A stretch of DNA of 64,000 nucleotides from the NCBI GenBank assembly GCA_964016885.1, contig OZ024751.1, forward strand, positions 186,001 through 250,000, given 5' to 3'. The position numbers and the translations under genes were made by a program. Source of the stretch: Eledone cirrhosa (lineage: Eukaryota). Below are positions 12,141 through 22,889 of the stretch, in pieces (within the stretch, counting starts at the first letter, position 1; each line of letters opens with the position of its first letter). The notes under the pieces were generated by a model that saw only the letters and a program-made list of their open reading frames with translations, searched no databases and had not been told where the DNA came from.

Positions 12141-15100
12141 GTCACTAGCTAGGGTCTCTCGGGGGTGTCTGTCAAATGATTGGCTAGGGTCTGCTAGAGT
12201 CCGTCCCTCTATTGGTGTCTAGTGCTAGGTCAGTATCGCCAAAGCTGGACAACTAGGGTGGTGGGATGGATTGAACTCCTGCTGCTCTAGAAAGTTGTTC
12301 TATATGGTGGGTGTGTAACATGATAACTTCAGCAGAACAAACTCCACTCCTTGCATCCTCATCATGGTACTAGCACCACTAAATAGGGGTTAAGTAACAA
12401 AACAGGAGTACAACACTGTAACCCTTCAAACGGCTTGTCAAAAAATTCATGTATGCTTCAGCTCCACAGCTCCATTATTGGGCAGCTACTAGTGACGCTG
12501 ACCTCTTCATCTGCATTTATTTTACTGCAAGTCTCTAGTTATTGTTAGGTCAGGTCAGGTCAACTTGACCCTGTTGTTTATACAGGTGGTCAACCCTAAT
12601 TAATCGGACCTAAGATGAAAGGTTTTCCAGCCATAAAAATTTTGTAATTTTTTTTTTTGTGTTTCTGGAACTATTCAATATTCATGCCAGCCCTTACCTA
12701 TGTTCATGAATCTTGGATAATGACTGTAAGAATATGATCACGAATACAAGCAGCCCAAATGGAGTTCCTCTGAAGGGTCTTTGGAATAACGTTACTCAAT
12801 AAAATGCATAGCTCGGAGATCAGAGAGTCACTCCAGGTAGAGCAGCTATTTCTCCGAAATGAGAGATCACAGCTCCAATACTATGGCATGTGGTTAGAAT
12901 GTCTCGGGAAAGAATCACTGGACAGATTTTATGGGCAAAACCAACCAGCAGGAGACCCTGTGGTTGACCCCAAGCAAGATGGTTGGATAACATCCATGGG
13001 CTTGGCTGGTCTCTCTTGGAGATGCAGCCGGATCAGTTCTTCTGACAGGACCTACTGGAATGTTTGAAGACTCTGTCCCCACGACATTCTCAGGAATACA
13101 TGGGCGAAGAAGTATCTGGAATTACGTTGTCAAGTCTATTCTTGTCTTTTTCAGATGTTAGAATGTGATTTGAGAGAGATTTGACTGCTATTGCTAGTGG
13201 GTCAAACAGCTATGTAGATGCTCTCTCTCTCTTTTTTTTTTTTTTTTGCACATTCTATTTAACCTTGCAATGGCTGGAGGAAACCGCCATGTTGAGGTCA
13301 TCACAATCACTAACACCACTGTATAAACAGTGGACAGGGGGGGAATTAGATTTAGCTAGCTGTTGCAATAATTAGTGAACTAATGCATTTGCTGCACAAT
13401 TGCACAAGGCTGCACCAGTGTTATATGGTGCTTGGAGTCGTATGAAATACTTTTATAACCAAATGGCGGTGCCCCAGTATGGCCTCAGCCTGTTAGCTGG
13501 GTAATAAAGTAATATGGTTAAAGCATTTTCTACGTAATCACATGGCCCTCATAGAAGGCTGGCTAGACTTAAACAGGGGTGAGCCATAATGTCAACAAGA
13601 GGTGTCAAACAATATGCTGGGGAAGAAGGATTGGCTGACAGCCATTGTTTGGGAGATGGTGGGACTCAGTGTGGTGATGGTTGTAGTGAGAGGGAGGGAC
13701 AGAAGTAGGAAGGTGTTGTGTAAGTTGGAAGTGTTTTGGATTATGTTAATGTACAATCAACTAGTTCTGAGGAGCAGAGACTTTCGTAGTAGTGGCAGAA
13801 GAGACAATGAGAGAACACAGCTTCATTGTTAGATTGGAGTAAAATAATGTTCAGTGAAGGTTTGTATATTCAGTTCCTATCATTGTTTTTTTTTTTAGCA
13901 TGCAGTCTAGAATATGTATATTATATGTAGACATGTGTGTATACGAGTGAGTGTTGTGTTGTGAATCTGTAGTAGGTGCGCCATCCTGTTTGATGTGGAT
14001 AAGTAGGTGTGCACCATGTGTGTATGTAGGAGCAGTTTGTGTATATAGGTGCACTGTGTGTGTGTGTAGATGCACCATGTGTGTGGGGTGCCTGTCTAAA
14101 CGTGTATATCTAAATACATATGTCACTAGCTAGGGTCTCTCGGGGGTGTCTGTCAAATGATTGGCTAGGGTCTGCTCGAGTCCGTCCCTCTATTGGTGTC
14201 TAGTGCTAGGTCAGTATCGCCAAAGCTGGACAACTGGAGTGGTGGGATGGATTGAACTGCTGCTGCTCTAGAAAGTTGTTCTATATGGTGGGTGTGTAAC
14301 ATGATAACTTCAGCAGAACAAACTCCCCTCCTTGCATCCTCATCATGGTACTAGCACCACTAAATAGGGGTTAAGTAACAAAACAGGAGTACAGCACTGT
14401 AACCCTTCAAACTGCTTGTCAAAAAATTCATGTATGCTTCAGCTCCACAGCTCCATTATTGGGCAGCTACTAGTGACGCTGACCTCTTCATCTGCATTTA
14501 TTTTACTGCAAGTCTCTAGTTATTGTTAGGTCAGGTCAGGTCAACTTGACCCTGTTGTTTATACAGGTGGTCAACCCTAATTAATCGGACCTAAGATGAA
14601 AGGTTTTCCAGCCATAAAAATGTTGTAATTTTTTTTTTTGTGTGTTTCTGGAACTATTCAATATTCATGCCAGCCCTTACCTATGTTCATGAATCTTGGA
14701 TAATGACTGTAAGAATATGATCACGAATACAAGCAGCCCAAATGGAGTTCCTCTGAAGGGTCTTTGGAATAACGTTACTCGATAAAATGCATAGCTCGGA
14801 GATCAGAGAGTCACTCCAGGTAGAGCAGCTATTTCTCCGAAATGAGAGATCACAGCTCCAATACTATGGCATGTGGTTAGAATGTCTCGGGAAAGAATCA
14901 CTGGACAGATTTTATGGGCAAAACCAACCAGCAGGAGACCCTGTGGTTGACCCCAAGCAAGATGGTTGGATAACATCCATGGGCTTGGCTAGTCTCTCTT
15001 GGAGATGCAGCCGGATCAGTTCTTCTGACAGGACCTACTGGAATGTTTGAAGACTCTGTCCCCACGACATTCTCAGGAATACATGGGCGAAGAAGTATCT

Positions 15101-16105
15101 GGAATTACGTTGTCAAGTCTATTCTTGTCTTTTTCAGATGTTAGAATGTGATTTGAGAGAGATTTGACTGCTATTGCTAGTGGGTCAAACAGCTATGTAG
15201 ATGCTCTCTCTCTCTTTTTTTTTTTTTTTGCATATTCTGTTTAACCTTGCAATGGCTGGAGGAAACCACCATGTTGAGGTCATCACAATCACTAACACCA
15301 CTGTATAAACAGTGGACAGGGGGGAATTAGATTTAGCTGGCTGTTGCAATAATTAGTGAACTAATGCATTTGCTGCACAATTGCACAAGGCTGCACCAGT
15401 GTTATATGGTGCTTGGAGTCGTATGAAATACTTTATAACCAAATGGCGGTGCCCCAGTATGGCCTCAGCCTGTTAGCTGGGTAATAAAGTAATATGGTTA
15501 AAGCATTTTCTACGTAATCACATGGCCCTCATAGAAGGCTGGCTAGACTTAAACAGGGGTGAGCCATAATGTCAACAAGAGGTGTCAAACAATATGCTGG
15601 GGAAGAAGGATTGGCTGACAGCCATTGTTTGGGAGATGGTGGGACTCAGTGTGGTGATGGTTGTAGTGAGAGGGAGGGACAGAAGTAGGAAGGTGTTGTG
15701 TAAGTTGGAAGTGTTTTGGATTATGTTAATGTACAATCAACTAGTTCTGAGGAGCAGAGACTTTCGTAGTAGTGGCAGAAGAGACAATGAGAGAACACAG
15801 CTTCATTGTTAGATTGGAGTAAAATAATGTTCAGTGAAGGTTTGTATATTCAGTTCCTATCAGTTTTTTTTTTAGCATGCAGTCTAGAATATGTGTATTA
15901 TATGTAGACATGTGTGTATACGAGTGAATGTTGTGTTGTGAATCTGTAGTAGGTGCTCCATCCTGTTTGAGGTGGATAAGTAGGTGTGCACCATGTGTGT
16001 ATGTAGGTGCACTGTGTGTGTGTATATGTAAATACATGTGTGTATGTGTAGATGCACCATGTGTGTGGGGTGCCTGTCTAAACGTGTACATCTAAATACA
16101 TATGT
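12141..16105. repeat. ~1.98-kb direct tandem duplication (12141-14121 / 14122-16105)
   Basis: Near-identical copies; the ORF track shows the same 87-aa and 76-aa ORFs ~1980 bp apart. TGT microhomology at the junction. Confidence 0.95.
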
Positions 16106-16212
16106 GTGGGTGTCTCTGAACATGTGAGTGCATGTGGTAGAATGGACAGTGTTTGGTAAAACCTAGCAACTTGTATTTCCGTTTGAATTTCTGTGTTTCT
16201 CACTGTGTTCAG

Positions 16213-16334
16213 GTATTGTCCATGAAAATCGTCGGATAGGTTCAGATGGTGAGAGTGAAGACATATCAGGGACATCTGATGAAAAAGATGAAATATCTCC
16301 TGTGAAATTACGGGGACGGCCTCGATATAATGAG
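16213..16334 (+). CDS. CDK17: CDK17-like coding exon 2
   Basis: ttcAG|GT ATT GTC CAT... gives (G)IVHENRRIGSDGESEDISGTSDEKDEISPVKLRGRPRYNE, like CDK16/17 IVHEN.KMGSDGESDQASGTS. Donor GTAAGT, phase 1 to 0. Confidence 0.93.
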
Positions 16335-16414
16335 GTAAGTTGTCAAACTATCCAGTTTACCTACATGTTCACATACAGTTAGTGTCAATCTTTCTGTTGT
16401 TCCTATATTTGGTT

Positions 16415-17065
16415 CACTCCACTGCGACATGTGGTCCACACCACTGCAACATTTGGTCCACACTCACACCACTGCAACATGTGGTCCACACTCACACCAC
16501 TGCAACATGTGGTCCACACCCACACCACTTCAACATGTGGCCCACACCACTGCATCATGTGGTCCACACCACTGCATCATGTGGTCCACACCACTGCAAC
16601 ATGTGGCTCAATATCACCTCAACTGTTTTCTCAATCCTGTTTACTTCAATCCTCAGCTCAATATCACTTCAACTCTCAGCTCAGTACCACCTCAAACCTC
16701 GGCTCAATATCACTTCAACTCTCAGCTCAGTACCACCTCAAACCTCGGCTCAATATCACTTCAACTCTCAGCTCAGTACCACCTCAAACCTCGGCTCAGT
16801 ACCACCTCAAACCTCGGCTCAATATCACTTCAACTCTCAGCTCAGTACCACCTCAAACCTCGGCTCAATATCACTTCAACTCTCAGCTCAGTACCACCTC
16901 AAACCGTTACTCAATATCACTTCAACTTTCAGCTCAGTACCACCTCAAACCTCGACTCAATATCACTTCAACTCTCAGCTCAGTACCACCTTAAACCTCG
17001 GCTCAATATCACTTCAACTCTCAGCTCAGTATCACCTCAAACCTCGACTCAATATCACCTCAATA
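16415..17065. repeat. Two adjacent minisatellites: ~21-27-bp (ACTGCAACATGTGGTCCACACC) and 46-bp (two 23-bp subunits)
   Basis: Visible tandem arrays; they explain the repetitive ORFs at 16340-17104. Confidence 0.92.
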
Positions 17066-17537
17066 TTTAGATCACTTTCTTATCCATCCCCAGTTTTTCC
17101 CTAAATTTGATAAAATGCCTCACACAAACATATCTTTCAATAGAAAGCACAGCAACTGATCTTTGTTAACTCCATGGAATAAATATGTCGCTCAGTGTCT
17201 GTGTATAACATTGTCACTGCTCTAAAACATATTACTGATCTCAAGCATAATTTTAATGTTGCAACAACTTCATATCTTTAATCATTTTGGTACCATATTT
17301 ATAATAAGAGACATTGCATATGATTTTCAAATAATGTTTAAAATAATCTAGAATTTGGGGAAATTTAGGAATATTTCTTTCTCATTATTTTACTGCTGTT
17401 TGAAGCAAAACGTAAACAATGGCTCTTACATAAAATTGTAATTGAAGGTTTTTTGGGGGAAACCTATAAACACTTTAAAACAAAGTTTTATATTGTAAAA
17501 CCAAAGGCAGTTTCAGGAAGGGCTGGTATAAAAAGTA

Positions 17538-17573
<36 letters not shown>

Positions 17574-18041
17574 CCCACACTCTATGTGGTTGGCGTTAGG
17601 AAGAGCATCCAGCCATAGAAAACAACCCAGAAACACCCTATATGAGCGAGACATGGTCACCCGACCCAACTTGCCTCTAAATGGGACCTGTCTAACCCAT
17701 GCTAGCATGGAAGATGGACATTAATCAATGATGATGATGATGTTATATATAAATACACACACACACACAGAGAACCAGTTTAAAACTAGTTAGACCATTA
17801 CTCAACAGAGTACTCAATACTAGGGATAGAGTATAGCTTATATTAGAGAAACTTGGGGACTGGCGACTGAGTTCTTTCCATTTCAACAGCCAATTCCAGG
17901 CTGGAGTCTGAAACTAACTGTTGAACCAGCAAGAGCTCAACTGTCGGGCCCTGACTCTTTATTGTCAGTAATTTAGAATAAATGAGATATAACCTGACAA
18001 TGTTGGATTTTTATTCTTGTTTCTATTTTTCCTCATTTCAG

Positions 18042-18113
18042 GCATTTAACAAGGGCTTCCCTTATTTACCAAGCCGGCAGCTAGACTTGGGGCTTGAATC
18101 AATCCGAAGAAAG
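18042..18113 (+). CDS. CDK17: Candidate symmetric 72-nt (cassette) exon of the CDK17-like gene
   Basis: Long pyrimidine tract plus ttcAG, open frame AFNKGFPYLPSRQLDLGLESIRRK, donor AAG|GTAATT. Phase 0-0 fits between exons 2 and 4. No homology that I recognise. Confidence 0.6.
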
Positions 18114-18716
18114 GTAATTTTTGTTGTTGTTTGTTGTTTCAATAATTCTTATTGAATTCTATTGATGATGATGATATCTAGAGCTTCACTGTTGGTTTTC
18201 TTACTGTTCTTTTCCTTTTAAAAACAAAAAAAAAACATTCTAAACTTTATATAAAAAGAGTTTAGAATAGATACACCACATCCCTGAATGCAGTAGGAAT
18301 TGATGAGTTGGTGCTAAGAAGGGGCTTCTGGCTATAAAATATTCCCTCAGAAAGGATCCTATGATGAGTATGAAGGTTGTTGAGGGAGCTCAGTGAGAAA
18401 AACCTTAAAACACTTGTTTACATGTCCACTGCCAGTCACAACTGGACACTAACAACACCAAGTAATCAATTAACAGATTAATATCATTTAATATAAATGA
18501 TGATGATGATAGTGGTGGTTCTTTTTATATTTATCTCTTGGAACCACAAACAGACAACAGACCTTCTAAAAAGTTTCACTGCGCCACTGAAATACAGCCA
18601 CTTCCATAGTTTCCTTGCTCATATAGACATGCAATAGATGTAGCATGGCCAGTAACAGTCATGATTCTTTGGTCACTTGATGTTGTCTAAGTAGTTGTTA
18701 TATAAGGACACTAACT

Positions 18717-19282
18717 CAGAGGTTCTCAAAGTGGGAGCTATGTAGTATATATCATTATTTAATATATATATATATATAAAGTACAAAGCGAAACCTACAG
18801 TCAGTAGGCACCTCTAACAAAATACACCCCCGTCCCACTACCCCCACCCCATCCACACCACCCCCTTAAATGGGAAGTTATGTTGGTACCACAACATCCA
18901 GTCCGAAACAAATGAGGTCGTGTAGGTGTCACGACAAAAAAACACAGTCCACGCTGTAATGTGGCCGTGTAGGTAACACGATAAAAACCTCCCAGTCCAC
19001 ACTGTAAACGTGGTTGGTGTTAGGAAGGGCATCCAGCCGTAGAAAACCCGCCAGGCAGTCCTATACGAGCAGGACAACCAATCTTGCCTCAAGTGGGAAA
19101 ACTCCCGTCCAAACCCATGCAAGCATGGAAGATGGACGTTAAACGATGATGATGATGATGATATAAATTAACGATTTTATATATTATATATTATTTACAA
19201 TTTCCATGTAGGCAGGTCTCTCTGGAAATAGAGTTGGGGGCGCTGAGAGTATTACATGGCCCAAAAAGTTTGAGAACCTCTG
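18717..19282. mobile_element. hAT-type MITE with a nested RTE 3' fragment (~18775-19162)
   Basis: TIR CAGAGGTTCTCAAA/TTTGAGAACCTCTG; 8-bp flanks CACTAACT/GTCTAACT (6/8 match). Confidence 0.65.
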
Positions 19283-19418
19283 GTCTAACTGGTCACCTGG
19301 AGTTATCTAAGTAGTGGTTATACTAGGACTCTGGCTAACTGGTCACCTGTTGTAGCTGTTTGAGTGTTGTTGTACTGTGACTATTTAATGATGCTAGTAT
19401 TGTTTCTATTTCTCTCAG

Positions 19419-19535
19419 GAGGCATTGAAGCGTCTCTCTTTACCTGCTGATATGCGTCTTCCAGAAAATTATCTTGCTCAACAAGGCATCAGTCCTGAAG
19501 GCCAGTTGAGTCGGAGATCGCGAAGAAAGTCCCTG
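19419..19535 (+). CDS. CDK17: CDK17-like coding exon 4
   Basis: EALKRLSLPADMRLPENYLAQQGISPEGQLSRRSRRKSL, with the PCTAIRE KRLSLPAD and RRxSL motifs. ctcAG / GTAAGT. Confidence 0.95.
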
Positions 19536-19994
19536 GTAAGTTCCGTAGTTAATTTTGTTGCTGTTGTTGAACCCAGCGTGACTGTGAACCAGCAAACCTA
19601 AAACCAGAGCCATTACCATGCCACATTTTATTCATGCAGTCTATCTAGAACAGAGGCAATAAATTCGCAAAGTTGTTAGACCTTCGTATGTGTGTGTATG
19701 TATATGTCTTATATTCATGTGTGCGTATGTATTATATTCAGATGTGTGTGTGTATGTATGTATATGTCGGGTCACTCTTGAGTGCAACTGGTAACATGTA
19801 ACCCAGTACAATCTGTCGCATGGTCAGGTCGTCGGCGACTAAATCGACAACCCCATAAAGTTTACTTGGTGAGGAGGGTGATTTTGGACACCCTGCGCAA
19901 CAAAAAACAAAACCTGACAAAGGTCAGGAGAACTTGTCAACGGCCATCCGAAAATGTGTAAATATGTGTATGTGTGTATATATATATATATATA

Positions 19995-20600
19995 TCAAAA
20001 GCATGTATTGAGTTAGAAACTCAAAATAGTCTCATTACAGTAAAGCTCTAGGAAAAAGGTTTTTCTGAGCTGTATAGTATAATTGAACAAAAAAGAAAAA
20101 CGAACACAGGCATATATATGTATACGTTCAAATCGTAATGGACCAGAAACGCTAAGGTTGAAAAAAATACTAGCTACAGACAATAGGGTTTGTTAGACTC
20201 AATTTAAGAATAAATCAAGAAAAATAAATACAAACCAGTATTGTGGTAACTACCCATCACCCGAACGGTTTTTGATGGAACCGTTTCGCAGTATTATTTG
20301 TGAAGAGTTATACCAAATTCTTGGCTCATCAGCAGGTGAAGAATTAGTATCCTGATCACTTCTAAATAAAATAAAGAACTGGATAGTGTGTGTATATGTA
20401 ACGCACATGGTTTCCAAACTTAGCGCGTCGCGCAAACTCACGTCACTAAAAATAGCAGCCGGGTCTACACGACAATTGAAATAGCTCTACAAATTAACGG
20501 ATAGTATTTTTTTCACCTTAGCGTTTCTGGTCCATTACGATTTGAACGCATACATGCATATGTCTGTGTTCGTTTTTCTTTTTTGTTCAGTTATACTATA
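19995..20600 (-). mobile_element. Inverted-repeat non-autonomous element carrying a hammerhead, in (TA)n
   Basis: ~100-bp inverted repeats (~20073-20172 / ~20502-20600) enclose the 20257-20339 hammerhead. (TA)n flanks. Confidence 0.55.
20257..20339 (-). ncRNA. Type I hammerhead ribozyme (complete three-stem fold)
   Basis: Minus strand reads UCACCUG-CUGAUGA-GC..AUUUG/CAAAU..GC-GAA-ACGGUU(CCAUCAAA)AACCGU-U-CGGGUGA. Stem I 7 bp, stem III 6 bp, cleavage triplet GUU. Confidence 0.8.
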
Positions 20601-20634
20601 CATATATATATATATGTGTGTGTGTATACATGTA

Positions 20635-20915
20635 TGCATGGGGACATAGAAATAATCGGGTTGGATACCCAATCGTGCGGTTAAACCACTGGGAGTGAAG
20701 GACCCCTAGATTTTGTCAGGGCATTCTTCTAGGAGAAGGAAACTGGGATAACTCCGACATAAATCCTGGGGCTGAGTAGTTACCGATGATGTTGATCTTT
20801 TCTTCTTTTCAGGTTATAGCTACTGTCGCTCAGAGAGTGGGATTGGCTCAGTGCACGGTTTTTCCTCACTTTTAAAAAAATCTTCATGCACAAGCATTGC
20901 ACGATAGAATTAATT
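20635..20915 (+). mobile_element. Short non-autonomous interspersed repeat; inverted copy at ~40450-40737
   Basis: Two ~280-bp similar copies in opposite orientation; contains TCTAGGAGAAGGAAACT, reminiscent of RTE 5' UTRs. Confidence 0.55.
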
Positions 20916-21461
20916 GATGATTATTGATAATGTTATATTGTGCAATGGCCAAACTTGATAACGAGGGGTCATCCATCATATGTATTATATACATGTGTGT
21001 ATGTATATATATAGAGAGAGAGAGAGAGATATACATATGCGATTTTCAGACCGAGCGATGTGTTGTGTTCTTGAGCAAGACACTTTATTTCACGTTGCTC
21101 CAGTTTACTCAGCTGTAGAAATGAGTTGCAACATCACCGGTGCCAATGTGTATCAATCAATGCCTTTTTCTTGCCCAACATCAGTGGTGTTGAGAGGAGA
21201 GACTTGTATGCAAGGGCGAATGCTGGTCTTTCACAATAACATGTCTAATCTTGAGTCTTGGCGGGGAAACTTTCTAAGTACAAAACCCATGGCCATCCAT
21301 GACTGAAAGGGGTTATTTATATATATGTGCATGTGTGTATATACATACATATTAACAGTGTATATTGTATTATTATCTATGTGTTTGTATGTTCCCCTGT
21401 TAATCCTAAAATCCCTATAAAGGAGCATCCCAGTAACAGTCTAAAATGTCTTGTATTCCAG

Positions 21462-21518
21462 TCTGAAATTGGATTTGGTAAAATGGAATCATATTTAAAA
21501 TTGGACAAATTAGGAGAG
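21462..21518 (+). CDS. CDK17: CDK17-like coding exon 5
   Basis: SEIGFGKMESYLKLDKLGE, start of the kinase domain. ccAG / GTTTGT. Confidence 0.95.
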
Positions 21519-22889
21519 GTTTGTGACTTTTCTTCATTTTAAAGAAATATATTTTTATTTTCTGACTTATATTTTTATAACTTAGTCAAGGGAGGATTGG
21601 CTCCATGACCCTTTGTGAGGCCTTCAAGACCGAAGGGAGGAAGGACTATGCCTATGACCCTTTTTCTGTGCTTTCAAAACAAAAGAGAGGAGGTGCAGGG
21701 TCTGTCACCCTTTTATGGGCTTTCAAGACCAGAGGAAGGGCAGTGTCTATGACCCTTTTTAGTGCAAGGACTCTAAGACTTCTGGGAAGAATGGAGGATA
21801 AACAATCCTTATAACCCATATCAGGGTCTCCAAAGACGAGCAGTGCCCATAACTCTGAAAAGGACTATGGGCATTCAGGTTTAAGACCAGGGGGAAACAG
21901 TTATCTTGTATCTCTCTTTCTCCTTCTCTTAAAGAAATCAGCCATGTTCAGACTTGGAGGGGATGCGCTATGTGATAATTCTGTCAGACATTCAAAACAA
22001 TCTTCTTGTATTTTAAATTCCCATAATTCTGTCAGACCCTCGAAAACAATCTTCCTGTATTTAAACTCTGATTACTGTGATCTGCTCATTTAATTATGGC
22101 CGAATTTCTAGGACTATATTATAAAATAACCTTCTCGCTTCTACTCCTTTTGCGAAACTTCTTCCTACTCCTTTCTCTGTCCCCCTCATATATCGTATAT
22201 ATGCCTGCAGGTTCTCTCACCCCCTCCCTCTCTCCGCAAATATAAAATAAACATGTTGTGAGTTGCGGATCTCAAAGTTTGTCGATCCCTTATCTTGGCC
22301 GAACGCTTGCTTTTGAGAAATGTAATGTATTTCACCCTATTTTCTTCTCTCTCCATGTTCCTAGTCCATTCACCTATCAGTATTATATCGTCTGCTTAAC
22401 TTAGAATCCAATCTTTTCAATGTTATTCGATAATTCTGTCTGATTGTTCAAAATAATCTTCTTGTATTTAAAATCCCATAATTCTGTCAGACCCTCGAAA
22501 ATAATCTTCTACTTGTATTTAAACTCTTATTACTGTTATATGCTCGTTTAATTATGGCCGAATTTCTAGGATAGAAATTTTTATATTATAAAATAACCTT
22601 CTCGCTAACTTCCTCAGATACCTCCCCCTCACCCCACCATTATTATTTGGTCCAATCATAATTCAGCAGCTTATAATATGTTTCTCTTACCAATCTCTTA
22701 TCACAAAACCACCGCCTCGGCTATCACTCCTTAAGTTCAAACCTGGTTGCTTTTGATATGCTAGATGGACTATGGAATTCTGGAGAGTCTGAAGAATCTG
22801 GACACAAAATGACAATGTCAAAGATAAAGATAAATTCACCTCATATTGCCGGATGAGAATGCAAGGACTCCTCTTTATTTCGGCCGCGG

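Noticed and set aside
12330-12400. Possible extra exon in the duplicated block, equivalent to the vertebrate CDK17 exon after exon 1
   Set aside because: In-frame TAG and no phase-compatible donor; no similarity.
16340-17104. Long ORFs (254, 213 and 187 aa) in three frames
   Set aside because: They are translations of stop-free minisatellites and have no domain features.
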